Part shown: in pieces, positions 39,438 to 49,696 of the stretch
Layout of the letters: every line of letters begins with the position of its first letter
Position numbering within the stretch: the first letter of the stretch is position 1
DNA from: Candidatus Hodarchaeota archaeon
GTDB lineage: Archaea; Asgardarchaeota; Heimdallarchaeia; Hodarchaeales; Hodarchaeaceae
Reading direction: 5' to 3'
Assembly: GCA_029856365.1 (NCBI GenBank)
Contig: JAHQWW010000007.1
Coordinates: 10,863-74,862 of the forward strand
DNA length: 64,000 nucleotides
The notes under the pieces: model-generated
The model's input: the letters and a program-made list of their open reading frames with translations, nothing else
Databases searched by the model: none
What the model was told of the DNA's origin: nothing
Program-made: the position numbers and the translations under genes

Positions 39438-40066
39438 AACTTTTCACCTGAAATTACTTTTCCTTCACTTGTTTCTATTATTCTTGCCACTCCTCGGGCA
39501 ATCAGGGCCTTAGCGTTTTCTACGGGCAAACGTACAATATCGTGCCTGATTAAGGGACCATATCGCTTATTATCCAGTCCAACAAAGGCTTCGACATCAT
39601 CAAGAATCCTAATTATCAAATTAACTGGGAACTTGTGAATAGCATCGCTATTCTCCTCAATTTGACTAGGTTCTACTGCCGAATCTTCCTGAAGATTCGT
39701 GGTTGGAGAATTATCCTGAGTATCTAAAATGTTTGGTTTCTCCATGCCGATTGTTTCAATAGATTTTCTCAGATCCTTAATTAAGCGGCGTTCTCCCCAT
39801 GTACATCGTCGTTCCAAATTAATTGGAATATTGTGAATTACTGAATTCAGTATTTTTGTTAACCTTAGTTGAGCAAGATCTTTTCTGAGAAACTCCATTC
39901 TTTCAATAATTTCATCCGCCAATTCTCCCCATTCTAGAGTTTGTGGTTTTCTATATAATTTAGCTAATTTTCCGTCCATTGAAATATAGAAATCCGCAGG
40001 TATCTCTATAAGAGTTGAACTGGCTCTTTCTTCCAACCATAACTCATATAGTCTCCGGTAATCCAA
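39434..40066 (-). CDS. GINS subunit Gins51 (Gins15)
   Basis: Helical A domain (ER...L..IP.DFY...R..KI) and B domain IRILDDVEAFVGLD.K.YGP....DIV.LP.ENA..LI.RG.A. Conserved position upstream of rps27e. Confidence 0.85.
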   Translation of the reverse strand: MDYRRLYELWLEERASSTLIEIPADFYISMDGKLAKLYRKPQTLEWGELADEIIERMEFLRKDLAQLRLTKILNSVIHNIPINLERRCTWGERRLIKDLRKSIETIGMEKPNILDTQDNSPTTNLQEDSAVEPSQIEENSDAIHKFPVNLIIRILDDVEAFVGLDNKRYGPLIRHDIVRLPVENAKALIARGVARIIETSEGKVISGEKL

Positions 40067-40126
40067 ATAATCTCCTCATGTTTATATGAGAACATAAATA
40101 ATGTAGTGTGTCTTCTTTATGAGAAG

Positions 40127-40264
40127 AGCCACTGGCGCGAATTTCCTGAAAACTCTCGCAAAAGTATTCATTTTGAACGCGCGACATCCTCCTTTGTGTT
40201 TCTCACCCAATTGAGGAATGAGAATTACCAAGGAGGCGCTATAACCTAGCTAAGCCACAGTGGC
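40127..40264 (-). tRNA. tRNA-Thr(GGU) with two introns (37/38, 32 nt, 40194-40225; 59/60, 31 nt, 40141-40171)
   Basis: Acceptor GCCACTG/CAGTGGC, anticodon stem CCTCC/GGAGG with loop TT-GGT-A|A, T-stem GCGCG/CGCGC with TTCAAA|T. Both inserts fold as hairpins in relaxed bulge-helix-bulge geometry. CCA is not encoded. Confidence 0.9.
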
Positions 40265-40578
40265 AGTTTTTTAGGTAATGAAATACCTATTAACACCCCT
40301 TTTATAATAAATTTATTTTTTTTCGCACTGAAACTGATTAGTTTTTTCATCAATTATTTACCTAGCTAAATGTTAAGACAATCACTATTTTATGAAATCA
40401 AATATGTTTATTTAAATAAAACATAGAATATCGCAGGTACTCAATGTTGGAGATAAATGTTAAATCATTATTCATTGAACTAAGCTGCCAGGATAATTCT
40501 CACCTCATTAATCATAAAAATAAATGACAATTCTTGGAATAATGGCCTGAAATTAACCATACAAAGGTTTAACGTCAG

Positions 40579-41406
40579 ATGATTGGATCAGAACTAAATT
40601 TTCTTCTTTTAATTCTTGCTTTCTTGCTACTGTCGATAGGATCATGGCACGATATCAAGACTCGGGAAGTGGCTGATTGGATTTGGTTAAGTATGATTGG
40701 AGGAGGCATTGCAATTCACGTTTTTCAGTTCCTCTTACTAATTTTAGCCAAAGAGTCTGTTTTTGAATATTTTACGACTTGGACAATAAATATCGTTTTT
40801 GCTTTCAGTCTAGCCTTTTTTTTGACTTTCTCAGGATTAGGAGGGGAGGCAGATCGTATCGCTTTCATCGCTATTGGATTCATTTCTCCTGTTTCTCCCC
40901 CACTTATTATTTTTCAAGATCCAGTTTATGAGATACTTATTGCGATCACTCCAAGAATTCTTGGAACCTTCTTCAATGCCTATTTAATTACACTTCCTAT
41001 ACCATTTCTGATTTTTGGCTATAATATTGTCAATCAGCATTTATATCCCGACCTTTATGTTTTTTCAAACGAATCTAAATGGAAACGATTTTCTATCCGC
41101 TTCATTGGGTATCCTCGTCAGACTCAAAATCTTGACATGGAATTGGAAGAAAAACCATGGCATTTTGATTTTTTAGAAGAATTTGAAGATGAAACTGGAT
41201 GGAGTATATTGTTTCGGGCACGCCTCGATACACCTGAAGCTGATCTCACAAGAAAACAGGAACTGATCTCATTGATTCAAAATACAGAAAAACGGTCTAT
41301 TTGGATTCAACCGTCACTCCCATTCATTTTTATTTTAATGTTAGGATTTTTTACAGATATTCTTGTTGGGAATCTTATATTATTATTCATGGTGATTTTA
41401 TTATGA
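40579..41406 (+). CDS. Prepilin/preflagellin peptidase, A24 family (FlaK/PibD-like)
   Basis: SWHDIKTREV.D..W, GxGD-like GLGGEAD, C-terminal IWIQPSLPFI, multi-TM. Confidence 0.85.
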   Translation: MIGSELNFLLLILAFLLLSIGSWHDIKTREVADWIWLSMIGGGIAIHVFQFLLLILAKESVFEYFTTWTINIVFAFSLAFFLTFSGLGGEADRIAFIAIGFISPVSPPLIIFQDPVYEILIAITPRILGTFFNAYLITLPIPFLIFGYNIVNQHLYPDLYVFSNESKWKRFSIRFIGYPRQTQNLDMELEEKPWHFDFLEEFEDETGWSILFRARLDTPEADLTRKQELISLIQNTEKRSIWIQPSLPFIFILMLGFFTDILVGNLILLFMVILL

Positions 41407-41663
41407 GAATCATTATGTATATATGATATTCAGCTTGTCACAGGCCCTTTTTCTTTGCTATCTTCATAAGTCTCTAAAAAATAGTGGGTAGATTCAAAAT
41501 AAGAACCTTCTTTTAGAGAAATTAAAAAAAGTTAAAAGGATAATAATAAAATATAATACATAATAATTTATAAATGACCAGTGTGTGGTTATTCAAGTCA
41601 ATTCCTCATTGAAAACAGAGGATTGTACAAAAAACAGAAGTACTCAAAAGGGATGATAGAAAA

Positions 41664-42161
41664 GTGATAGATCCCAGAAGATTCGACACTGTACTTAGTA
41701 AAATCATTAAAAGCGAACCAGGTATTAAAAAAGTAATCCTAGTAGATCGAACTGGTCTCACAATTGCCCACGTTTCTAAATTTAGCTATGTATCTGTTGA
41801 TGTAGATGGGATTGGTGCAATAGCATCCGCTGTATTTATGGCGTCAGCCGAACAAGGACTAAATCTCACAATAGGCGGCCTAGATATCGTTACCTCAGAA
41901 TTTGATACTGGAAAAATTTTTGCTAGTACATGCGGGCGCGGAATTTTGACAATTATTTCAGATGCCGATGTAAATATAGGTATGATTAGATTACTCATGA
42001 GAAAAGCTAATGAAGAACTCAGTAGTATATTAGACGAATTTTTAGCTGGAAAACCCACACGTATAGGCATTGGAGGGGTAGCTTCTGCGACTCCTGAGGT
42101 TCGTACAAGTCTTGAAAAAGATGAACTAGAAGCAGCATTACGAGAACTCGAAAAATTCTAA
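41664..42161 (+). CDS. Roadblock/LC7 (MglB-like) protein with C-terminal acidic helix
   Basis: VILVDRTGLTIA, GAIASA, NIGMIRL and tail LEKDELEAALRELEKF. Confidence 0.88.
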   Translation: MIDPRRFDTVLSKIIKSEPGIKKVILVDRTGLTIAHVSKFSYVSVDVDGIGAIASAVFMASAEQGLNLTIGGLDIVTSEFDTGKIFASTCGRGILTIISDADVNIGMIRLLMRKANEELSSILDEFLAGKPTRIGIGGVASATPEVRTSLEKDELEAALRELEKF

Positions 42162-42208
42162 CATTATTCCTGAATCACGACTCCTAACCTTCAGAGGAGA
42201 CTTATTTC

Positions 42209-42796
42209 TTGAGAAAGGATGCAGAAGGTCGTCATCGATTCAAAGTTGTATTCTATGGCCCATCTCTGGGTGGGAAAACAACAACATTAGCTTGGTTATA
42301 TAAAAGAGTAGATGGTCTTGAGAAAGGAAAATTTACTCAGTTAGCAGATCCCACGGGCCGCACTTTATTTTTCGATTTCGTCCCAATGCAAGCAACCACG
42401 GGTGTTGTTTTTGATGTGTATACTACTGCAGGTCAAGAACGTCACAAACATCAGCGTAAAATAGTCATACAAGGAGTAGATGGTCTTATATTTGTTGTTG
42501 ATTCTAGTGCTTCACAATTTCAAGAGAATGTGGAATCTTTCAATGAGTTAAAATCTCGTTTAGGTAATCAACTGGGTAAAACCATCCCTCTTGTTATTAC
42601 TCTCAACAAGCGAGATGTACAGGATGCTTTGCCTAGATCAGAGTTGATTCAAAAGCTCGAAATCCAAGATTATCCCATATATGAGACTGTTGCGACCACG
42701 GGTCTCGGAGTCAAGCGTGCATTTCAATCATTGGCTCGTGAAATCCTTATGATCCAGCTTTATGGAACTAAAGAGTCTCAAATAGCCAAAGCTTAA
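42209..42796 (+). CDS. MglA-type small GTPase
   Basis: KVVFYGPSLGGKTT, RTLFFDF, YTTAGQ, GVDGLIFVVDS, NKRD and VATTG. Confidence 0.92.
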   Translation: MRKDAEGRHRFKVVFYGPSLGGKTTTLAWLYKRVDGLEKGKFTQLADPTGRTLFFDFVPMQATTGVVFDVYTTAGQERHKHQRKIVIQGVDGLIFVVDSSASQFQENVESFNELKSRLGNQLGKTIPLVITLNKRDVQDALPRSELIQKLEIQDYPIYETVATTGLGVKRAFQSLAREILMIQLYGTKESQIAKA

Positions 42797-43232
42797 ATCG
42801 TTCTAGAATGAAGACAAGAACTGACTCTCAATTCATCTCTCGACAAAAATACCTACTTTGCAAATCAATTTATCACAAAGAAACAACATGTTGATCCACA
42901 CTTTTTGATTGTGTATCTAAAATGCACTATCCTATGATTCATATTATAACACCTACATGTCAGGTACTTATTTTTTCCTTCCTGTTTTTTTTATCCTTGA
43001 TCTGCTTTGATGGTTCGAAGATGTCGTTTTCTAGGAATCATGGATCCTGCTAGATTTTTAGGAATAAGAATTCTTATATATTAGAATTATATTATTCACA
43101 TAAGTCGCCAAACTAAAGAATATACAACGGCATCAATTGTTACAAGAATGATAGAAATTCGAAATAACGTTATGAGCATGATAAAAATTTGAGAAAACGT
43201 TACAAGAATAACCAATAGTACGGGTGTAATAA

Positions 43233-43637
43233 GTGTACATTCCAGATAGTGAAACAGATACCCAGGTGCATAAAGAAATAGCAGAAGTGCTTGAGGCTTT
43301 TGTGAGTAAATTACCAGCAATAGATTTTGCCTCGGTAGTGTCCTTGGAGGGATTACCAATTTCATCTTGGCCACCAACCTTACCTTCAGGATTGGACGAT
43401 GTACGAGTTGCGGCTATGACGGCTGCCATCTTAAGCTTGGGTGAAAGAGCTGTGATGGAGACTGGAAAAGGGGAAATGACACGTATCTTAGTTGAAGGAG
43501 ACAGTGGATACCTGATTTCTGTCCAAGCAGGTTCAAAAGCTGTCTTAACGACTTCAGCAAGTCGTTCTGTGAAATTAGGGCTAATATTTCTTGACATGAA
43601 GCAAGCAGCTATAAAAATCGGTGAAATTCTCGGCTAA
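43233..43637 (+). CDS. Roadblock/LC7 domain protein
   Basis: SVVSLEGLPISS, RVAAMTAAILSLGERA..E..KG....I.VEG..GY and KLGLIFLDM. Confidence 0.92.
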   Translation: MYIPDSETDTQVHKEIAEVLEAFVSKLPAIDFASVVSLEGLPISSWPPTLPSGLDDVRVAAMTAAILSLGERAVMETGKGEMTRILVEGDSGYLISVQAGSKAVLTTSASRSVKLGLIFLDMKQAAIKIGEILG

Positions 43638-43689
43638 AAGCTCGATACAACTAAATAGGGGAGAATAGAGAGCTATTAAATTTAGATGT

Positions 43690-44940
43690 TTAGAGTTCGT
43701 AAAGCTGATCTTTCATTTCTTGCGCTTTCTGCCTATAATATTCTTGAAATTGATGTTCATTTATAGTTTGAGCTTTATCAGCAGCAAATTCATAGTGCAT
43801 CAGAGCTTTTTCAAATCCCCCCTGAAATCCTTCAATCTCCCCAAATAAACCATGCGCAATTATAAGTCCTATTTTATCCTCAAGTGCCTCAAAAAGCTGA
43901 ATAGCTTCTTCAAGATAATATGCTGCTTGAGCAGCACTAGAACTATCACCTTGTCGTATATACTGTCCCAATACTTTAGCTAAATTAACTTGAGACATAG
44001 CAAGAGAATAACGATCCTGTCTTGATTCAGCTAAGGAACGAGATTTATCAAAATTTTTCATTGCCTCTTCATACTTTTGTATACGATAATAACACTCACC
44101 AATATTGCAATAAGCATTAACGACTGCTTTATGAATATTAGCTCTTTTTGCACGTTCAAGTGCTTGTTCAAATTTTGCAATGGCTTGCTTGTAGAGACGA
44201 TTTTCGTATAAAAGAATACCTTCAGTTGATAAAATATTTTCTTCAAGCATGGGATCGCCTAGTTGGCTTGTAAATTCCCATAATGCTTCTAAGCGATTTT
44301 TAGTGAGATCAAAATTCATGGAATCAAGTGATAACTCAGCTTGGGCGAATACTGCGTGAAATTTACCGTTAATATCTGTTAAAATATCGAATATTTTGTA
44401 CGCTTTTGTGAAATTTTCCATTGCTTTCCTTGGATCTGTTTTCATAATTCTACGGCCTTGCTCAATTAAAAGCCAAGGTTCTTCTCCAATGATATCACTA
44501 ATAACCTTCCATTCACTTTTTGGTTTAGCTGAGATGCTAATTTTGCTCTTCCACAAATCTGGTTTGTCAAAGAGATCAGATACCAAGTTCAAAAGGAGGT
44601 TACTATCACCTCCAGCTTTTTCTGACAAGCTTTTTGGGCCTACTCCTCGTAATCTCAGATCACCTTCAGTAAACTCGAAAAGAACTCCCAATGGGATGCT
44701 TTGAGCGCGAGATTCTCCCCACTTCCGTCCTACAACGACAAAGAAATTTTTAGGAGGGAAAACCACATCATCTCGTGTCACAGATTTTAATCCTGGGATC
44801 CAAGTGTAGTCAGTTTTAAAAAAACTGGCAATCAATTCCCCTTTGAATTCAGGATCCCAGTCAACTAAGGTTGCTGCGTCAAATAACTCGATTTCTTCAT
44901 CCTGCACCCCTAAAGCAAAAATAACCTTCCAACTAACCAT
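43690..44940 (-). CDS. TPR protein with unknown N-terminal alpha/beta domain
   Basis: Clear TPRs in the C-terminal two thirds (GILLYENRLYKQAIAKFEQAL; NIGECYYRIQKYEEAMKNFDKS). Confidence 0.82.
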   Translation of the reverse strand: MVSWKVIFALGVQDEEIELFDAATLVDWDPEFKGELIASFFKTDYTWIPGLKSVTRDDVVFPPKNFFVVVGRKWGESRAQSIPLGVLFEFTEGDLRLRGVGPKSLSEKAGGDSNLLLNLVSDLFDKPDLWKSKISISAKPKSEWKVISDIIGEEPWLLIEQGRRIMKTDPRKAMENFTKAYKIFDILTDINGKFHAVFAQAELSLDSMNFDLTKNRLEALWEFTSQLGDPMLEENILSTEGILLYENRLYKQAIAKFEQALERAKRANIHKAVVNAYCNIGECYYRIQKYEEAMKNFDKSRSLAESRQDRYSLAMSQVNLAKVLGQYIRQGDSSSAAQAAYYLEEAIQLFEALEDKIGLIIAHGLFGEIEGFQGGFEKALMHYEFAADKAQTINEHQFQEYYRQKAQEMKDQLYEL

Positions 44941-45207
44941 AGTTCGTCTTCACCCATTTGTTTAACAAGAGATAATTGTGTATTTCTTCGTGAATTAATA
45001 ATCTACGTATTTTTACTACTAGTAACTACTTGTTTATGGAAATAAAATTCTAACATTTTATAACTTATACTCATATATTATGAGTTCTATTTTTTTTATT
45101 CATTTCTTATACATAAGTATCCTTCTTTTAAGTAAGGTGGTACTATCTTATCTTTATCTTTTACCCTTAAGTGAATCATACAAATGAAAGAAAGTTTAAT
45201 AAATTGT

Positions 45208-46641
45208 TTATGGTTCAGGATCATCAATAGAGAGTTTTCTGTCTCCACGATACCGTGGGTGATACATTTTTAGCATTTTGGGCGGAATCCGCTTTAATTC
45301 ATCTTCTGGGAGATCTGATAATAAATCCCATGCCAACTCAAGGGTCTCAAATACTTCCCTTGATTCATAATAATCCTGTTGAAGAAATTCGTTTTCAAAT
45401 CTATCAGCAAAATCTAGATACTTTTTATCTACATTGGTCAAGCTTTCTTCTCCCACAACTGCAACAAGGTCGCGTAAATTTCTACCCATGGAGTAACCAG
45501 CAAACATCTGATCTGAAACTGATTTATGACTTACGTGCGTTCGATCTCTACCTATCCCTTCACGCATTAGACGACTAAGACTAGGCATGGGATCAATTGG
45601 TGGGTAGATCCCTCGACGATGGAGATCCCGATCGATAATTAGCTGACCTTCTGTGATATAACCACTAAGATCAGGGATAGGGTGTGTAATATCATCAGAA
45701 GGCATTGATAATATTGGAAGTTGAGTTATGGTTCCTTTTTTACCCTTTATTCGGCCAGCTCGTTCATAAATGGTAGCTAAATCTGTGTAAAGATAACCTG
45801 GATATCCTCGTCGTCCTGGAACTTCCTCTCGTGCTGCTGATATTTCACGTAGAGCCTCGGCATAATTGGTCATATCGGTAAGGATAACTAAACAGTGATA
45901 ATCATATTCAAAAGCTAGATACTCGGCAGTGGAAAGAGCTATTCTAGGAGTAATCAACCGTTCTGCAGCAGGGGAGTCTGCAAGGTTTAAGAATAAAATG
46001 ACTCTTTCTAGAGCCCCAGTTTTCTCGAAATCTGAACGAAAAAATCGGGCTTCTTCTGTTGTGATTCCCATTGCAGCAAAAATTACAGCAAATTCCTCTT
46101 CTTTTCCTAGCACTTTTGCCTGTCTGGCAATTTGAGCAGCAATATTATTATGAGGGAGCCCACTACCTGAAAAAATGGGTAATTTTTGTCCCCGAATCAA
46201 TGTATTTAGACCATCGATCGATGAAATACCCGTCTGAATGAATTCCCTGGGGTATTCTCGAGCATAAGGATTAATGGGGGCTCCTGTTATGTCGAGGCGC
46301 TCTTCTGCAAATATTTGAGGACCTGTATCAATAATTTTTCCACTTCCAGAGAAGATTCGACCAAGCATATCTTGTGATACTGCAATTTTAATAGTTTCAC
46401 CAAGAAATCTAACGGATGTTTCCTGAGTATCAAGACCCTGAGTTCCTTCAAAAACTTGAACTATAGCAATGTCTTCAGAGACTTCTAACACTTGACCCGT
46501 ACGTTTTTCACCAGTTGGGGTTGTTACACTAACAATTTCCCCATAAGAAACCCCCTTTATATTATTAACAAAGAGAAGCGGCCCAGCAATTGTTGATACC
46601 GTTGAATAAGTAACGATAGAAGACAGAGATTCATCCGTCAT
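45208..46641 (-). CDS. atpB: A/V-type ATP synthase subunit B
   Basis: [54 protein letters not shown] and [17 protein letters not shown]. Confidence 0.97.
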   Translation of the reverse strand: MTDESLSSIVTYSTVSTIAGPLLFVNNIKGVSYGEIVSVTTPTGEKRTGQVLEVSEDIAIVQVFEGTQGLDTQETSVRFLGETIKIAVSQDMLGRIFSGSGKIIDTGPQIFAEERLDITGAPINPYAREYPREFIQTGISSIDGLNTLIRGQKLPIFSGSGLPHNNIAAQIARQAKVLGKEEEFAVIFAAMGITTEEARFFRSDFEKTGALERVILFLNLADSPAAERLITPRIALSTAEYLAFEYDYHCLVILTDMTNYAEALREISAAREEVPGRRGYPGYLYTDLATIYERAGRIKGKKGTITQLPILSMPSDDITHPIPDLSGYITEGQLIIDRDLHRRGIYPPIDPMPSLSRLMREGIGRDRTHVSHKSVSDQMFAGYSMGRNLRDLVAVVGEESLTNVDKKYLDFADRFENEFLQQDYYESREVFETLELAWDLLSDLPEDELKRIPPKMLKMYHPRYRGDRKLSIDDPEP

Positions 46642-46837
46642 TGATTTCACTCCAAAAAAACAGCTTTCGACTTGATAAATCTCTTAATGTTAACTTCTCA
46701 AAATTGTTTCGTTCTTTCGTAAGAAAAACATAAAGTCTCACACTTAGAACAAATTCTAATTACATCCAAGAGAACATCGCAATTAGAAATCATAAGCCCT
46801 TTATATGGAGGTTAAGGGAATTAATACAGATTCTTTC

Positions 46838-47668
46838 TCAAACTTCAGATTTATGAGCATCAACTTTTGTGTTATCGATTATTTCTTCCCAATATGGGAA
46901 GAGTCCAGCAGTAAACTCACGCATTAATACCTTTGCTGCTTCTGTAACATTTGGTTGAGCACCTTTCAGAAGCATTCCTCTCTGTTGTGCAATATGTGTT
47001 ATTATTGCCTCATTCTCCATTGAAAGCGATGAAAGATTATATCGTTGTATGAATCCTTCTGAATAATGTTTTCTTATTCGATCGAGAAAGAAAAAAGAAG
47101 TTTTTAGTGGATCCTCAAGCTTATCGATAGGTACAGCTCCCATAAAAACTTGTAACTCCTTATTAGGATGATCGAAAGGTACTACTCCGGGTGTATCATA
47201 CATTAGGATTTTCTTTGATACACGAACAATTTGTAGATGTCTTGTAACACCAGGTTTCTGTCCTGTAGGAGTAACATGTTTCCCCCTCAGAATATTTAAG
47301 AGACTACTTTTCCCTGTATTTGGAATTCCAACAACTGAGACAAGGATCTCTTGCTTCTTTAGAGATAGTTGTCTGATTTTTTGACGAAGTATTTTCGTCC
47401 CTTGGCGATTACGAGCAGAAATATAGACTGTGGGGTATTCTTGATTAAAAATCCTCTTTATTCTATCGCAAATATTTCGAGGAACTAGGTCACACTTATT
47501 AAGAACGATAATGAGAGGAATTCCTAATTTTTCCAGATGTCTTTCAATCGTAGAAACACGACTAAGTTCTGAAAGGCGACCATCGATTACTTCCAGTACT
47601 ATATCGCTATTTCTGATTAACTCAAACACTTGGCGGTGTTCTTTTTGACGTCTCATGTTAATCAGCAT
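46838..47668 (-). CDS. Circularly permuted ribosome-biogenesis GTPase (RbgA/YlqF/Nog2-like)
   Basis: G4 NKCD precedes G1 GIPNTGKSS and G3 DTPG. Confidence 0.9.
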   Translation of the reverse strand: MLINMRRQKEHRQVFELIRNSDIVLEVIDGRLSELSRVSTIERHLEKLGIPLIIVLNKCDLVPRNICDRIKRIFNQEYPTVYISARNRQGTKILRQKIRQLSLKKQEILVSVVGIPNTGKSSLLNILRGKHVTPTGQKPGVTRHLQIVRVSKKILMYDTPGVVPFDHPNKELQVFMGAVPIDKLEDPLKTSFFFLDRIRKHYSEGFIQRYNLSSLSMENEAIITHIAQQRGMLLKGAQPNVTEAAKVLMREFTAGLFPYWEEIIDNTKVDAHKSEV

Positions 47669-47787
47669 TATAAAACATCCTAGCGAGAGGATTAAAAAGC
47701 TAGCCGGATTCGCTCCTGTCAGAAGGAATGAGTTTGTAAATCATCTCTTGATCACTTTTACAACTTTATTTCCAAGGATTTTGAAGT

Positions 47788-48207
47788 TTGATGACAACAG
47801 AAAAAAACTATCTTGCTTCTCTTAAACGTGCTAGAGACAATCTTCCAGCTCATGTGTTTGAAAAGTCACGTTTTAAAATCCCACATGCGGATGTTTTCAA
47901 AGAAGGAAACAAAACATGGATAACTGATTGGGCAAGGATCCTCAAGACATTAAATAGAGAAAATGAGGCAGATCATCTAGCTAAACACTTAGCAAGAGAA
48001 TTTGCTACATCTTCTACTGAAGAAAGAGGACGATTATGTTTACAGGGGAAATTCTCCAGTGGAATGATAAATCGCGAGTTGGAAGCATATGTGAAAGAAT
48101 TTGTTTTATGTGAAGAATGTGGAAAACCCGATACTAGACTTATCAAAGAGGGACGCATATTAATTAAAGTCTGTGAAGCTTGCGGTGCCCGTGTTGCGGT
48201 CAAATAA
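47788..48207 (+). CDS. eif2b: Translation initiation factor aIF2 beta
   Basis: SRFKIP, EGNKT, G.L.LQGKF and CEECGKPDT...CEACGA. Confidence 0.95.
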   Translation: MMTTEKNYLASLKRARDNLPAHVFEKSRFKIPHADVFKEGNKTWITDWARILKTLNRENEADHLAKHLAREFATSSTEERGRLCLQGKFSSGMINRELEAYVKEFVLCEECGKPDTRLIKEGRILIKVCEACGARVAVK

Positions 48208-48550
48208 TTCTCCTCAGCGTTCATCGTCGTCTAGTCGTGTGTATTTTAAGGTTCATCGAAAAAATAATGTTGAAATATTAGCTTTATGTGATGAATCACT
48301 TTTAGGGCAAGAAATATTCAACGAAAAGGCCCGAATGAGAATCCCAGTTGATTTTTACAGGGGTCAAGAGATAGAAGCACAGGATGCTCTGCAATTGATG
48401 AGAAATTATGCGAACATCAACGTTGTAGGTTCAGTACTAGAACTCGGAATTCGCAAGAATCTCATCAATGAAGATGCAGTGCTGTGGTTCTCCACACTGG
48501 AAGGAAAAAAAATCCCACATCTGTTGATATTCTCTATCCCTCCCCTATAA
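48173..48550 (+). CDS. DUF424 family protein
   Basis: KVH.....ILALCDE.LLG, FY.G, NVVG and IPH. Sits between aIF2beta and nmd3. Start uncertain. Confidence 0.82.
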   Translation: MKLAVPVLRSNNSPQRSSSSSRVYFKVHRKNNVEILALCDESLLGQEIFNEKARMRIPVDFYRGQEIEAQDALQLMRNYANINVVGSVLELGIRKNLINEDAVLWFSTLEGKKIPHLLIFSIPPL

Positions 48551-48566
48551 CAATTGGAGGTTTGTT

Positions 48567-49667
48567 ATGGCTGAATTGGCACCTCAATGCATTTCATGTG
48601 GGTCATCAGAAGTATTTTTTGGTCGTTTATGTCAACAGTGTTATTTACAAAACCATCCGATCTTAAAACAAAAGAAGGATCTTCATATTACTGTATGTGA
48701 ACGATGTGAATTACTTTCATTAAAAGGACATTGGTCAAATTTCTATTTAGTTGACTTAGGTAAACCCCCTATAAACACAAAGCTTACTAAGCTTTTTTCT
48801 CAGGAATGGGAATTTTATTATCGTCCAAGGAAGATTCAAATTCAAAAAATGAATATTGAATCAGATGAGGAAGGAGATATCTCTGTAATTATTGGCATTG
48901 TAGACATTAGCGCAAGCCCCGATGCATTTGTTCCACTGATGACTATTTCGGAAGCCTTTAAAATACATATTGAATGGGGAGAGTGCTCCGAATGCCGCAC
49001 GCGCCTCATAGGATCCTATTTTTCGAAAATTCAAATTCGTGCCCCGAAAGAAGTTAATAATGAACACCTAAATATTTGGAGTGACGAAATTGAAAATATA
49101 AGCCAATCTTATCCTCAATCAGATGGTAAAAATCCGCTTTTTAAGATAAAATACTTACAATCAGGAATTGACGCCTTATTTCAAACAAGAGCAGCTGCTA
49201 ATTCTGTTGGCAGAGAATTCGCTAAAAATCATGGTGGTATCATAAGCGTAACAACAGAATTTGCAGGATTTGATAAATCAAGATCCAAGGAATATCCAAG
49301 GAAACCTGTTGTTTTAATAACACTACCAAATTTTAACCCAGGAGATATAGCGATATTAAACCACCAATTGATTCAAATATTGAGATACAACTCTAAAGTA
49401 GAATTCTGGGATTTCAGGAAAAAATTAAAGGGAAAACTGCCGATAAAATCATTTATAGCCTCTGAACCACAGTTTTTGGAAAATAATTATGAACAATTTC
49501 AATTAATAAACTTTGAACAAAGAGGAGGACTCGCTCAAGTCATGAATACTAGAACCTTTGAGACTCAATATATTGATTCAACCGAAGTATCTGACCTTTC
49601 AGAAGGAGAGTCCTTCGAGTGTATATCTTATAATGGTAGATTACTCAGAAGACAAAAAGAGACTTAA
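48567..49667 (+). CDS. nmd3: NMD3-like large-subunit maturation factor
   Basis: CISCG..LCQQC, CERC, CSEC.....SYF.KIQIR and a C-terminal OB-like region. Confidence 0.85.
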   Translation: MAELAPQCISCGSSEVFFGRLCQQCYLQNHPILKQKKDLHITVCERCELLSLKGHWSNFYLVDLGKPPINTKLTKLFSQEWEFYYRPRKIQIQKMNIESDEEGDISVIIGIVDISASPDAFVPLMTISEAFKIHIEWGECSECRTRLIGSYFSKIQIRAPKEVNNEHLNIWSDEIENISQSYPQSDGKNPLFKIKYLQSGIDALFQTRAAANSVGREFAKNHGGIISVTTEFAGFDKSRSKEYPRKPVVLITLPNFNPGDIAILNHQLIQILRYNSKVEFWDFRKKLKGKLPIKSFIASEPQFLENNYEQFQLINFEQRGGLAQVMNTRTFETQYIDSTEVSDLSEGESFECISYNGRLLRRQKET

Positions 49668-49696
49668 TTGTTTTATTAAAGGACGGATGAGTCTAA

